A DNA stretch of 64,000 bases from Deltaproteobacteria bacterium (lineage in GTDB: Bacteria; Myxococcota_A; UBA796; UBA2385): the NCBI GenBank assembly GCA_016792625.1, contig JAEUKK010000044.1, positions 34,365-98,364 of the forward strand, written 5' to 3'. Made by a program: the position numbers and the translations under genes. Shown in pieces: positions 10,181 through 20,049 of the stretch (positions within the stretch are counted from its first letter, which is position 1; each line of letters opens with the position of its first letter). The notes below the pieces were generated by a model. That model saw nothing but the letters and a program-made list of their open reading frames with translations, was not told the DNA's origin and did not search any database.

Positions 10181-10297
10181 CGGGGCTCCAGGGCAGGGGA
10201 TCGGCTTGGTGGCGCGGCTATCGCCGGCCCGCCTGCGCTACAAGGCGGAGGGCCCCGGCCCGTACCCCTGCTCACCAATTCCATTGGAGGACCCCAC

Positions 10298-11134
10298 ATG
10301 GATCCAGCCGCACCCCCTCCGGCCACGCCGGGCACCGCCGCCATCAACAGCCTCGCGGACAAGCTCGCGATGGGCGACAGCCCCGGCTGGCTCGTCGCCA
10401 TTGTGATCATCGTCGTCGGGCTCGTGATCGCCTCGATCGCCGGGGGCGCAGTCGAGCGCCTCACCAACAAGGCCGCGGTCGGCGGCGCGCGCGCCAAGTT
10501 CCTCGGCGGGTTGGTCCGCTGGCTGGTCACGGCGCTGGCCCTCCTCACCGGCCTCGAGCGGGTCGGGGTCGAGACCAGCAGCCTGCTCGCCGTGCTGGCC
10601 TCGGCCGGCCTCGCCGTCGGCCTCGCGCTCCAGGGCAGCCTCGCCCACTTCGCGAGCGGCGTGCTGCTGCTCATCTTCCGGCCCTTCGACCTCGGCGACA
10701 TCGTCTCGGTGGCCGGCCAGACCGGCGCGGTCGTCGACATCGGCGTGGTGGCCATCACGCTCGAGACGCCCGACCGCCAGCGGGTGGTCATCCCCAACAG
10801 CGTCGTGACCAGCGGTGTGCTGGTGAACCTCACCCGGGCGCCCCTGCGGCGGGTCGAGGTGCGGGTCGGCTTGGCTTATGGCGTGGACATCGCGCGCGCC
10901 GAGGCGGTGCTCATCGCCGCCGCCCGCTCGGTCTCCTTCGTCAAGGAGAACGAGCCCGTGGACGTCGTGATGGCGAACCTCGGCGGCAGCGCCGTCGAGG
11001 TGGTCGTGCGCGCCTGGGTGGCCGCGGTCGACCTCGTGCCCGCCGACCCCGCGGTGCGCCGGCAGGTGCTGCTGGCCCTGCGTGAGGCAGGCATCGAGAT
11101 CCCCTACCAGCAGATCGTCGTGCACCAGCGCTGA
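10298..11134 (+). CDS. Small-conductance mechanosensitive channel (MscS family)
   Basis: ATG at 10298 with GGAGG at 10286-10290, in frame with track ORF 8657..11134. Three TM segments are followed by the MscS beta-domain signature FRPFDLGDIVSVAGQTGAVVDIGVVAITLETPDRQRVVIPNS. Confidence 0.9.
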   Translation: MDPAAPPPATPGTAAINSLADKLAMGDSPGWLVAIVIIVVGLVIASIAGGAVERLTNKAAVGGARAKFLGGLVRWLVTALALLTGLERVGVETSSLLAVLASAGLAVGLALQGSLAHFASGVLLLIFRPFDLGDIVSVAGQTGAVVDIGVVAITLETPDRQRVVIPNSVVTSGVLVNLTRAPLRRVEVRVGLAYGVDIARAEAVLIAAARSVSFVKENEPVDVVMANLGGSAVEVVVRAWVAAVDLVPADPAVRRQVLLALREAGIEIPYQQIVVHQR

Positions 11135-11144
11135 GCGACGGGGC

Positions 11145-12032
11145 TCAGGGCAGGCGCACCACGCGCAGGTTCACCAGGGCCGCGCCCCCGCCCATGCCGA
11201 GCACGCCCGGGTTCTCGACCTGGAGCGTGCCGGCCTGGGCCAGGGTGCAGCGCAGCTCGGCGCTGGTGCCCTCGGGCGACAGGCAGCCGGCCTCGTCGCC
11301 CACCTTGACGCCCTCGAAGCTGACCTCGACGCCCTGGTCGCTGCCGGCGGTCACGAGGTAGCTGCCCGGCTCGAGCGGCAGGCCGAAGGACTTGCTGTCG
11401 TCGACCGGCACGGCCTTGCGCACCGCGACCTCTTCGCTGATCTCGACCTCGACCGTGCCGATCTTGTCGCCGATGATCGCCTTGATGCTGGCCTTGCCGC
11501 GGCGCAGCGCGGTGACCGAGCCGCCCTCGCCGACCTTGATGATGTTCGGGTCAGACGGCGTGACCGCCAGGGGCGCGCCGAGGATGGGCTGGCCATCGAG
11601 GCCGATGACCTCAAAGGTGAACGGCCCGATCGAGGCGGGCTGGACCACGCCGGCGGCGTCGGGCACCAGGGTGGTGGCCAGGGTCGGCGGGTTGGCCTTG
11701 ACCTCGGCGATGAGCATGCACTCGATGACCACGTCGTGCTTGACGCTGCCTGCGATGAGCGTGGCCGAGCCGGTGCCGTAGCGCTGGCACTGCAGCTCGC
11801 CGTTGTTGCCGAGCTTGAGCAGGGTCGGGTCGCTGACCGCGCTGACCGTGGCGTGCAGCTCGGGCAGGGGCTCGCCGGCGGCATTCAGCACCTTGGCGTC
11901 GATGCGCAGCAGGCTGGCGTCGCCTTGGGTGAGCTTGGCGGGGGCCTCGATCTTGGCGGGAGCGCTGTCGGCGCAGCCGATCAAGGCGGAGAGGGCGGAG
12001 GAGGCGAGGGTCAGGCGGAGGTGCGCGCGCAT
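11145..12032 (-). CDS. Lipoprotein, possibly Ig-like (Big_2-type) domains, function unknown
   Basis: MRAHLRLTLASSALSALIGC lipobox. The sequence is beta-rich and the codon bias is good. Confidence 0.75.
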   Translation of the reverse strand: MRAHLRLTLASSALSALIGCADSAPAKIEAPAKLTQGDASLLRIDAKVLNAAGEPLPELHATVSAVSDPTLLKLGNNGELQCQRYGTGSATLIAGSVKHDVVIECMLIAEVKANPPTLATTLVPDAAGVVQPASIGPFTFEVIGLDGQPILGAPLAVTPSDPNIIKVGEGGSVTALRRGKASIKAIIGDKIGTVEVEISEEVAVRKAVPVDDSKSFGLPLEPGSYLVTAGSDQGVEVSFEGVKVGDEAGCLSPEGTSAELRCTLAQAGTLQVENPGVLGMGGGAALVNLRVVRLP

Positions 12033-12262
12033 GAGGGCTCCCGGGAGCAGGCGGGGCGGGCGGACTATCGCGGGCGACGGCGCGCACCAGCCGCGGTCGC
12101 GCTGCCCGTGCGCCCTCCCCGCGCGTTAGCGGGCCGTCATCGGCGGCAGACCTCGCCCACGCGGGCGCGCCCGAACGCCGTGGACCGGGGCTGAGCCCCC
12201 TCGCGCCGCGCGCCGCCCCTGGCCCGCGCCTGGCGCCTCGCGCCGAGCGCGCCGGAGCCCCC

Positions 12263-14140
12263 GTGAGCTTCTACTACACCCGCGAGGCCGGCCCCTCGGG
12301 GCAGATCTTGATGGACGATGGCCTCGCGCCGGCGGTGGTCCTGCCCGAGCTGCTGCGCCACGGCCCCGTCCCCATGCGCGCGGCGATGGAGCTCGTGGCC
12401 GCCGTCGCCGACATCCTCACCATCTCGGTCGAAGATCGGGTGGTGCACGGCTGCCTCGACCCCCGCTCGGTCGCGGTCGACGAGCAGGGCAACGTCAGCG
12501 TGAACGGCTGGGGCGCGCCCCGCCAGGGCACGCCGGCGCCCGAGCCGGTGGCGGTGGGCGTCGAGACCGACGTCTATGGCCTCGGCACCGTGATGGTCGC
12601 CGCGCTCTCGGCCCAGAGCCTGGGCTCGGTGCCCGCTGACATTGACCTGCACGACGAGTTCGTGGCCAGCCGCCTGCTCGAGCTCGACTGGACGCCCCTG
12701 CGCGGCAAGCGCTGGCTCGACGATGTGCTCCGCTTCTTGTGCTCGATGCTGAGCTTTACGCCCGGTGAGCGCCCCGCTCCCCTCGATGTGGCCAACCTGC
12801 TGCTCGGCGTGGCCAGCCAGGTCGAGGGCGAAGACCTCGTGGCCTGGGCCGACCGCGTGGTCGGGCTGGCCCCGCCCGCCGCGCCGCCGGTCGCCGCCGC
12901 GCCCGAAGAGGAAGAAGAGGACCTCGGCGGCCCCCAGTCCCTCGGCAGCCCTCTGCAGGCCACCGCGGCGATGAAGCTGCGCAAGGCGGCCAGCGCCAAG
13001 GGCGAGAGCACCGCGTTCTGGTCCCGCGACCGGATCAACGAGCTGCTCAATGATGACGACGAGGACGAGGCGCCCGCCGCCGCCCAGCCGGTGCGCGCGA
13101 AGTTCGTGCCCGGCGCGCGGCCGGGCGGCCGCCCCGAGCCCGAGCCGGTGCGCCCGAGCGCCCCGCCGGCCCAGGGTTGGGACGATCCGGGCGAAGAGCG
13201 CCCCCAGCCGCGGCCCGCCGCCCCCTCGTGGAGCGACGCCCCTGCGCCCCCCGCGCCGCCCGCCGGCCGCGCCGCCCCGCCGAGCCCGCAGCCCGCCTGG
13301 TCGCCGCCGGCCCCCGCCGCGCCCGCCCAGCCCGCGGCGCCGCCCCCGTCCTGGGGGCAGCCCCAGCCCGCGCCGTCCTCGCCGCCGTCCTGGGGGCAGG
13401 CCCAGCCTCCGCCGGCCATCCAGGCGGGCGCGCCCGCCCACGCGCCTCCGCCCCGCAGCCCTCCGCCCCCGGCCGAGCCCAGCGGCGGCGGCCCTGGCAA
13501 GATCATCCTCGTCGTCTTTGGCCTGCTGTTCCTGCTCTGTGCGGGCGGCGGGGTCGCCGGCGGCGCTTGGTACATGCTGCGCGGCGGCGGGGCAGCGCTC
13601 ACGGCCGGCGAGGCCCCGGCGCCCACCGATCCGCCGGCCCCCGAGGCAACGCCCGCGCCCGCGCCGACCCAAGACCCGGCCCTGGCCGGCAACGACACTG
13701 GCGCGCCCCCCGGCAAGGCGAAGGCCAAAGCCAAAGCCAAGGCCAAGGCCAAGGCGCGCGAGGCCAACGAGGCCGCGCCGGCCCCCAAGCCCAAGCCGGC
13801 GCCCAAGCCGGAGTCGGGCCCCAAGCCCGCGCCCGCGCCGAAGCCCGCGCCCAACCCCAAGCCGGCCCCCGCGCCCAAGCCCGCGCCGGCGCCCGCCCCG
13901 GCCGCCGGCGGCTTCCCCGCCGCGGTGAAGTTCAGCGTCACGGGCAGCGCCGGCGAGGCCAAGATCTCCTGCGGTGACGGCCAGCGCGCCTCTTTCGTGG
14001 GCAGCAAGCGCATGGACTTCGCCGAGGTCACCTCCTGCCGCATCGAGACCGAAGTGGGCAAGGCGGCGGTGACCGTGCGCGGCGGCGGCACGGTGAGCTG
14101 CGCGGTGGCCGGCGGCGCGCTCTCCTGCAAGGGCCCCTGA
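12263..14140 (+). CDS. Membrane-anchored pseudokinase-like protein with Pro-rich and (AK)n/(PKPA)n low-complexity linkers
   Basis: GTG start. There are degenerate Ser/Thr kinase C-lobe motifs: VVHGCLDPRSVAV (HRDLKPxN-like, catalytic Asp lost), NGWG in place of DFG, and ETDVYGLGTVMVAALS (subdomain IX). These are followed by a Pro-rich region, one TM segment (IILVVFGLLFLLCAGGGVAGGAWY), AKAKAKAKAKAKA, PKPAPAPKP repeats and a C-terminal beta domain. Confidence 0.75.
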   Translation: MSFYYTREAGPSGQILMDDGLAPAVVLPELLRHGPVPMRAAMELVAAVADILTISVEDRVVHGCLDPRSVAVDEQGNVSVNGWGAPRQGTPAPEPVAVGVETDVYGLGTVMVAALSAQSLGSVPADIDLHDEFVASRLLELDWTPLRGKRWLDDVLRFLCSMLSFTPGERPAPLDVANLLLGVASQVEGEDLVAWADRVVGLAPPAAPPVAAAPEEEEEDLGGPQSLGSPLQATAAMKLRKAASAKGESTAFWSRDRINELLNDDDEDEAPAAAQPVRAKFVPGARPGGRPEPEPVRPSAPPAQGWDDPGEERPQPRPAAPSWSDAPAPPAPPAGRAAPPSPQPAWSPPAPAAPAQPAAPPPSWGQPQPAPSSPPSWGQAQPPPAIQAGAPAHAPPPRSPPPPAEPSGGGPGKIILVVFGLLFLLCAGGGVAGGAWYMLRGGGAALTAGEAPAPTDPPAPEATPAPAPTQDPALAGNDTGAPPGKAKAKAKAKAKAKAREANEAAPAPKPKPAPKPESGPKPAPAPKPAPNPKPAPAPKPAPAPAPAAGGFPAAVKFSVTGSAGEAKISCGDGQRASFVGSKRMDFAEVTSCRIETEVGKAAVTVRGGGTVSCAVAGGALSCKGP

Positions 14141-15015
14141 TGCGCGGCGCGACGGCGCACGAGGCCCGCGTGGTCGCCGAGGCGGCGGCCCGGGCGGGCG
14201 GCGCGGTGATCCGGGCGGCGCTCGAGCGGCGCGAGGTCGCCGCGGTCACCCACAAGTCAGCCATTGATCTCGTCACTGAGGTCGATCTCGCCGCCGAGGC
14301 GGCCATCTGCGAAGAGCTGCAGCGCCGGTCGCCCGGCGTGCCCGTGCTGGCCGAAGAGCGGGGCGGGGCCCGCGGCGGCGCCACCCGCTGGATCGTCGAC
14401 CCGCTCGACGGCACCACCAATTTCGTGCACGGCTTCCCCGCCTTCTGCGTGTCGGTGGGCCTCGAGGTCGACGGCGAGCTGCTGGCCGGCGCCATTTACG
14501 AGCCGCTGCTCGACCGCCTCACCAGCGCGGCGGCGGGCCTCGGGGCCCGGCAAGGCGGCCACCCCCTGCGGGTGAGCGGCTGCGCGGCGCTCAGCGGCGC
14601 CCTGACCCTGACCGGCTTCGCCTACGACCGGCGCGAGCGGGCCGACTTCTACCTGCACTTCGTCAAACACTTCCTCGAGCGCAGCCAGGGCGTGCGGCGA
14701 GCCGGCTCGGCGGCGCTCGACCTCTGCCACATCGCCGCGGGGCGGGCCGACGCCTACTGGGAATTCAACCTGCAGCCCTGGGATGTGGCCGCCGGGGCGC
14801 TGATCGTGCGCGAGGCGGGGGGCGTGGTCACCGCGGCCGACGGCGGCCCGCTGCGCCTCGACGCGCCGCAGGTGCTCGCCAGCAATGGCCTGCTGCACGA
14901 TGAGATGGTGGGGGCGCTGCGGCTTCTGTTAGAGTCCGCGCCGGGCGGCGGGGGGTGGTCCCTCGCGGGGCTCGGCGGCCAGGGTGGCGACGCCGAGGCG
15001 CGCCGGGGCCGGTGA
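14140..15015 (+). CDS. Inositol monophosphatase family protein
   Basis: The ATG overlaps the upstream stop (TGATG). IMPase motifs WIVDPLDGTTNFVHG and the WDVAAGALIVREAGG type are present. Confidence 0.9.
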   Translation: MRGATAHEARVVAEAAARAGGAVIRAALERREVAAVTHKSAIDLVTEVDLAAEAAICEELQRRSPGVPVLAEERGGARGGATRWIVDPLDGTTNFVHGFPAFCVSVGLEVDGELLAGAIYEPLLDRLTSAAAGLGARQGGHPLRVSGCAALSGALTLTGFAYDRRERADFYLHFVKHFLERSQGVRRAGSAALDLCHIAAGRADAYWEFNLQPWDVAAGALIVREAGGVVTAADGGPLRLDAPQVLASNGLLHDEMVGALRLLLESAPGGGGWSLAGLGGQGGDAEARRGR

Positions 15016-15085
15016 GAGCGCGCGCCGGCGGGGCGCATGGGCAGCGGGTCGGGCGCAGCGCGCCCCGCGCCGCAGGGGGGGCCCG

Positions 15086-16648
<1,563 letters not shown>

Positions 16649-16733
16649 GGAGAGGGTGCCGGCCGGGCGCGGGGGCGCCGGCCGACCAGACCAGACCCGG
16701 CGCTGAGCAGGCGCCGGGCACGCAGGAGGGACG

Positions 16734-17306
16734 ATGGACGCGCAACAAAGGTTCGCGGTGGAGATCGAGACGCTGGCCGAGCTCCTGCCCGAGCTCGACT
16801 ACTACCGCATCCTGCTGGTCGACAAGAACGCCGACCAAGAGGCGGTGGGCGAGGCCTTTCGGCGCGAGTCCCGGCGCCTGCACCCCGACCGCAGCGCGAC
16901 GCTGAGCGACGAGGTGGTCAAAGACAAGGCCAATGACGTCTACCGGCTGATCAACGAGGCCTGGCGGGTGCTCAAAGACCCCGAGGGCCGGGCGCGCTAC
17001 GACCTGCTGCTCGCCGACGGCGTGCTGCGCATGACCGATGACGCCAAGGCCGGCGCGGCCAGCGACAAGCGGGCGGGCGACCCCGAGTCGGCGGTCACCC
17101 ACCCCAAGGCCGAGAAGTATTGGAAGATGGCCCTGCGCGACTTCAACGACGGGCAGTTCAAGTCCTGCGTGATGAACATCCAGTTCGCGCTGAACTTCGA
17201 GCCAGGCAACGAGGTGATGAAAGAGTACCTCGAGAAGGCGACCAAGTCCCGCGACGAAGAAGAGTCCAAGAAGGAGAAGAACCCCTACAAGCTGCGGATC
17301 ATGTGA
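16734..17306 (+). CDS. J-domain (DnaJ-like) co-chaperone with TPR-like C-terminal helix pair
   Basis: DYYRILLVDKNADQEAVGEAFRRESRRLHPDR...INEAWRVLKDPEGRARYD, with the HPD motif present. Confidence 0.9.
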   Translation: MDAQQRFAVEIETLAELLPELDYYRILLVDKNADQEAVGEAFRRESRRLHPDRSATLSDEVVKDKANDVYRLINEAWRVLKDPEGRARYDLLLADGVLRMTDDAKAGAASDKRAGDPESAVTHPKAEKYWKMALRDFNDGQFKSCVMNIQFALNFEPGNEVMKEYLEKATKSRDEEESKKEKNPYKLRIM

Positions 17307-18139
17307 GCCGAGGGTCTGGTGCGCCCGCCGCGGCGGCGCTGGCCCAGGACCGGCGCGCGCCGCGAGATCCACGCCTGCGCGGGGTGGTCGAGCGGCTGTG
17401 GGTGGCGCCAGGGCGCGGGCTCGGCCCCGTCGAGCGGGTGCTGCCCACCGGCCGTGCGCACCTCGTGTGGCGGGTCGGCGCCACGGCGGGGCCTGCCGAG
17501 GGCCACCGCTGGGCTGAGGGCGTGCTCGGGGGACCCCGATCGACCGGCTACGAGCGGGGCACAGCCGACGGGCTGACGATTGGGGTAGTGCTATATCCAG
17601 GCGCGCTGGGGTGCCTCGTCGCTGGACCGGCCGAGGTGTTGGCTGAGGCACACCATGGTCTGTCCGCGCTGTGGGGGGCGGCCGCGGCGGGCCGGGCCGC
17701 GGCGCAGCTTGAAGAGAGACCTGAACTTGACGTGCTGGAGGCGATCCTCATTGAGCGGCTGCGGGAATGGGCGCCACCTGCGGGTCTCGCGCTGGCGGTC
17801 GAGGCGCTCGACGCCGGCCAATCCGTGGGGGTCGCCGCGGCCCGCGCGGGCCGGACTCCGCGGCGTCTGCACAGCTGGTTTCGCGATGCGGTCGGCCTGA
17901 GCCCCAGCCGCTGGGCCGCGGTGCAGCGGGTGCAGCGGGTCCTGCGCCTCGCCGAAGGTGAGCCCGACGGGGCGCGGCTCGCCCAGCTCGCCGGCTTCGC
18001 GGACCAGTCGCACCTCTGCCGCGACTTGCAGGCGGTGTGCGGGTTGACCCTCAGCGCTTGGCGCCGCGGGCGCCGACCCGACGCGCCGATGCACGTGGCG
18101 CTTCCGATCGATCCAAGGCGAGGCGGAGGCGGCGGATAG
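17303..18139 (+). CDS. AraC-family transcriptional regulator
   Basis: The GTG at 17303 overlaps the J-protein stop (GTGA). The N-terminus is the P.p.L.g.V..lW type. The C-terminal double HTH reads AAARAGRTPRRLHSWFRDAVGLSPSRW...LAQLAGFADQSHLCRDLQAVCGLTLSAWR. Confidence 0.8.
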   Translation: MSRGSGAPAAAALAQDRRAPRDPRLRGVVERLWVAPGRGLGPVERVLPTGRAHLVWRVGATAGPAEGHRWAEGVLGGPRSTGYERGTADGLTIGVVLYPGALGCLVAGPAEVLAEAHHGLSALWGAAAAGRAAAQLEERPELDVLEAILIERLREWAPPAGLALAVEALDAGQSVGVAAARAGRTPRRLHSWFRDAVGLSPSRWAAVQRVQRVLRLAEGEPDGARLAQLAGFADQSHLCRDLQAVCGLTLSAWRRGRRPDAPMHVALPIDPRRGGGGG

Positions 18140-18166
18140 CGTGGGGGGCCACTCCACGGAGGTCCC

Positions 18167-18610
18167 ATGCCCACCCACGAGCTCTTCCCCTACCTGCGCG
18201 TCAGCGATGGCGACGCGGCCATTCGCTGGTACTGCGCGGTGTTCTCGGCCACCGAGCGCATGCGCCTGACCGACCCGTCCGACGGCCGCGTCGGCCACGC
18301 CGAGCTTGAGCTGGCCCCCGGCGTCGTGCTCATGCTCTCTGCCGCCTACCCTGAGCTGGGCATCGGCGCGCCGAACGGCCCCCAGGGTGCCAGCCTGCAC
18401 CTGCATGTCGACGATGCAGACGCCATCTTCGACAAGGCGGTGGCCGCCGGTGCGACCCCGCTGCGGCCCGTGCGCGACCAGTTCTATGGCGAACGCGGGG
18501 GCGCCTTTCGTGACCCCTTCGGCCACGAGTGGCTGGTGGGGCACAGCATCGAAGAGCTCAGCCCGGCCGAGATGCAGCGCCGGTGGGATGAGATGGCCCG
18601 CGGCGGCTGA
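18167..18610 (+). CDS. VOC/glyoxalase-fold protein (PhnB-like)
   Basis: FPYLRVSDGDAAIRWY...GRVGHAELEL...LHLHVDDADAIFDKAVAAGATPLRPVRDQFYGERGGAFRDPFGHEWLV. Confidence 0.9.
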   Translation: MPTHELFPYLRVSDGDAAIRWYCAVFSATERMRLTDPSDGRVGHAELELAPGVVLMLSAAYPELGIGAPNGPQGASLHLHVDDADAIFDKAVAAGATPLRPVRDQFYGERGGAFRDPFGHEWLVGHSIEELSPAEMQRRWDEMARGG

Positions 18611-18665
18611 GCGCGGCCTCGGGCCCCGCGGCCCGCGCAGCATCGCCACTCCCCAGAGCTGCCCC

Positions 18666-19232
18666 ATGTCCCTGCGCACCCCGCTCGCCGCCGCCCTCGC
18701 CCTCCTCGGCCTCGCCGCCCCAGGCCTCGCCGCCGCCGCCTGCCCCCAGATCCCCGCCCCGGCGCTGGGCGTCGACGCCGAGCTGCTCGAGCTCGAGGGC
18801 CCGCTCCAGGCGGTCGATCCGGTCGGGCGCACGATCACCGTGCTCGGCACCTGCGTCGATGTGCCCGTGGGCATGCTGCTCGACACCAGCGGCGATGGCG
18901 TCGGTGACATCACCCTCGAGCAGCTCGCCGCCACCACCCCGCGCACGGCGCTGGGCGGCACCATCGCGCTGACCGGCGCGGGCGTGGTCGCTCCGGGCGG
19001 CCTCATCTCCTACGCCGCCGACGCGATCTACTTTGAGTTCGCCGAGCACGTCGTGGTGGGCCCCCTGCTCAACTTCGACGCCGCGGCCGGCACCTTCCTC
19101 GTCGGTGGCACCACCGTGCGCATGAACACCGACCCGCGGGTGCCCGCCGACGTGATCGACGCCGGCGCCAATGTCATCAGCTTTGCCGACCTCGCCGACG
19201 CGATCGGCACCAGCGTGGCCGTCGAGGGTTAA
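18666..19232 (+). CDS. Secreted protein with DUF5666-like beta repeats (possibly the 5' part of a split gene)
   Basis: ATG at 18666, in frame with track ORF 18306..19232. Signal peptide MSLRTPLAAALALLGLAAPGLAAAAC. Segments of the type VD.vG.tItVLG..V.V recur. Confidence 0.7.
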   Translation: MSLRTPLAAALALLGLAAPGLAAAACPQIPAPALGVDAELLELEGPLQAVDPVGRTITVLGTCVDVPVGMLLDTSGDGVGDITLEQLAATTPRTALGGTIALTGAGVVAPGGLISYAADAIYFEFAEHVVVGPLLNFDAAAGTFLVGGTTVRMNTDPRVPADVIDAGANVISFADLADAIGTSVAVEG

Positions 19233-19243
19233 TCGAGGGCGGC

Positions 19244-19588
19244 GTGCTCTACGCCAAGATCGTCGAGACCGAGCTGATCTTGACCGAGCCGGGCGTCGAC
19301 GCGGTGGCGATCACCCGCGCTGACTTCCGGGCCGCCCGCGGCGAGCTCGAGGTGCGTGGTCAGACCACCCCGCAAGAGGTCACCGGCTTTGTGACCACCA
19401 CGGTCACCCTCGATGTGCAGTGTGATGGTCTCGACCTGGTCGCCGTGCCCGTGACCCCCAACGCTGACGCGCCGGGCGGGATCTTCACCTACCGCAGCCC
19501 CCGCAACCGCTTCCCGGCCAGCTCGACCCGCGTCTGCGTCACCTCGCCGCTGGGCGGGGCCGACGAGCGGGCGCTGAGCATCCGCTGA
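19244..19588 (+). CDS. Hypothetical protein, possibly the 3' part of the preceding gene after a 1-nt frame change
   Basis: The GC3-rich ORF starts 12 nt after the upstream TAA. Its frame read upstream gives ...GLIEGGVLYAKIVE, which continues smoothly from ...SVAVEG of the previous ORF. Confidence 0.6.
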   Translation: MLYAKIVETELILTEPGVDAVAITRADFRAARGELEVRGQTTPQEVTGFVTTTVTLDVQCDGLDLVAVPVTPNADAPGGIFTYRSPRNRFPASSTRVCVTSPLGGADERALSIR

Positions 19589-19740
19589 GCTTGCGCTGAG
19601 CCTGCGCTGAGCGTCCGGCGCGCCTCGGCCGCGGTCGGCTGCCCTTCGGCGGGGGGGCTGCGCCGCTGGCCCTGCGCTGCGGCGCGCTGGTGCTGCGGGG
19701 GCCCTCTTTTGTCGCGCGCTGTGGTCCCGCGCGCCCACCC

Positions 19741-19880
19741 GCCCCGCGCCCGGCCGACCGCGGGGCGGGCCGCAGGCCCGGTCGGCCCTGCCGACCGAGC
19801 CGGGCGGGTCCCGAGCCCGCCGCAGGCGGCGCGGGACCCGGGGCCCCGGCGAGCCCAGGCGGGGGGCCGAAGGCGCCCAG
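19741..19880 (+). repeat. Diverged copy of a dispersed GC-rich intergenic repeat family (REP-like) with hairpin core
   Basis: Aligns by eye to 43906-44050, sharing blocks such as cccggtcg..cgaccgagccgggcgg, gcccgccgcaggcggcgcg and ggggccccggcgagc. Hairpin GGTCGGC-CCT-GCCGACC at 19780-19796. Confidence 0.7.
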
Positions 19881-20049
19881 CTCGAGCTACAGATGGGTTG
19901 CCTGCTTCAGCGGCGGGCACGACGCCTTCGACGGGAGGGGGCAGCGGCCGCCCGCGCGGCGCCCAGCCCGGCCTGCGGCCTTTCACCAGATCGCAAGGGG
20001 GGCCGATCGGCGCCTGCCCGGGGTTAGGCGCGCGCGCGGGAGGTCCGCC

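Noticed and set aside
8657-10297. 5' 547 codons of + ORF 8657..11134 and similar long N-terminal extensions (48773..49795, 38002..38661, 19690..20049, 21986..23005 reverse)
   Set aside because: The extensions overlap better-supported genes on the other strand or cross intergenic repeats. Internal starts with SD-like sites and signal peptides explain the real proteins.
12137-14253. Reverse-strand ORFs 12137..13672 and 12574..14253, and + frame ORFs 13050..13928 and 13177..13977
   Set aside because: They are Arg/Gly/Pro homopolymer-like translations overlapping the pseudokinase gene's Pro-rich coding repeats, with no motifs. They are shadow frames.
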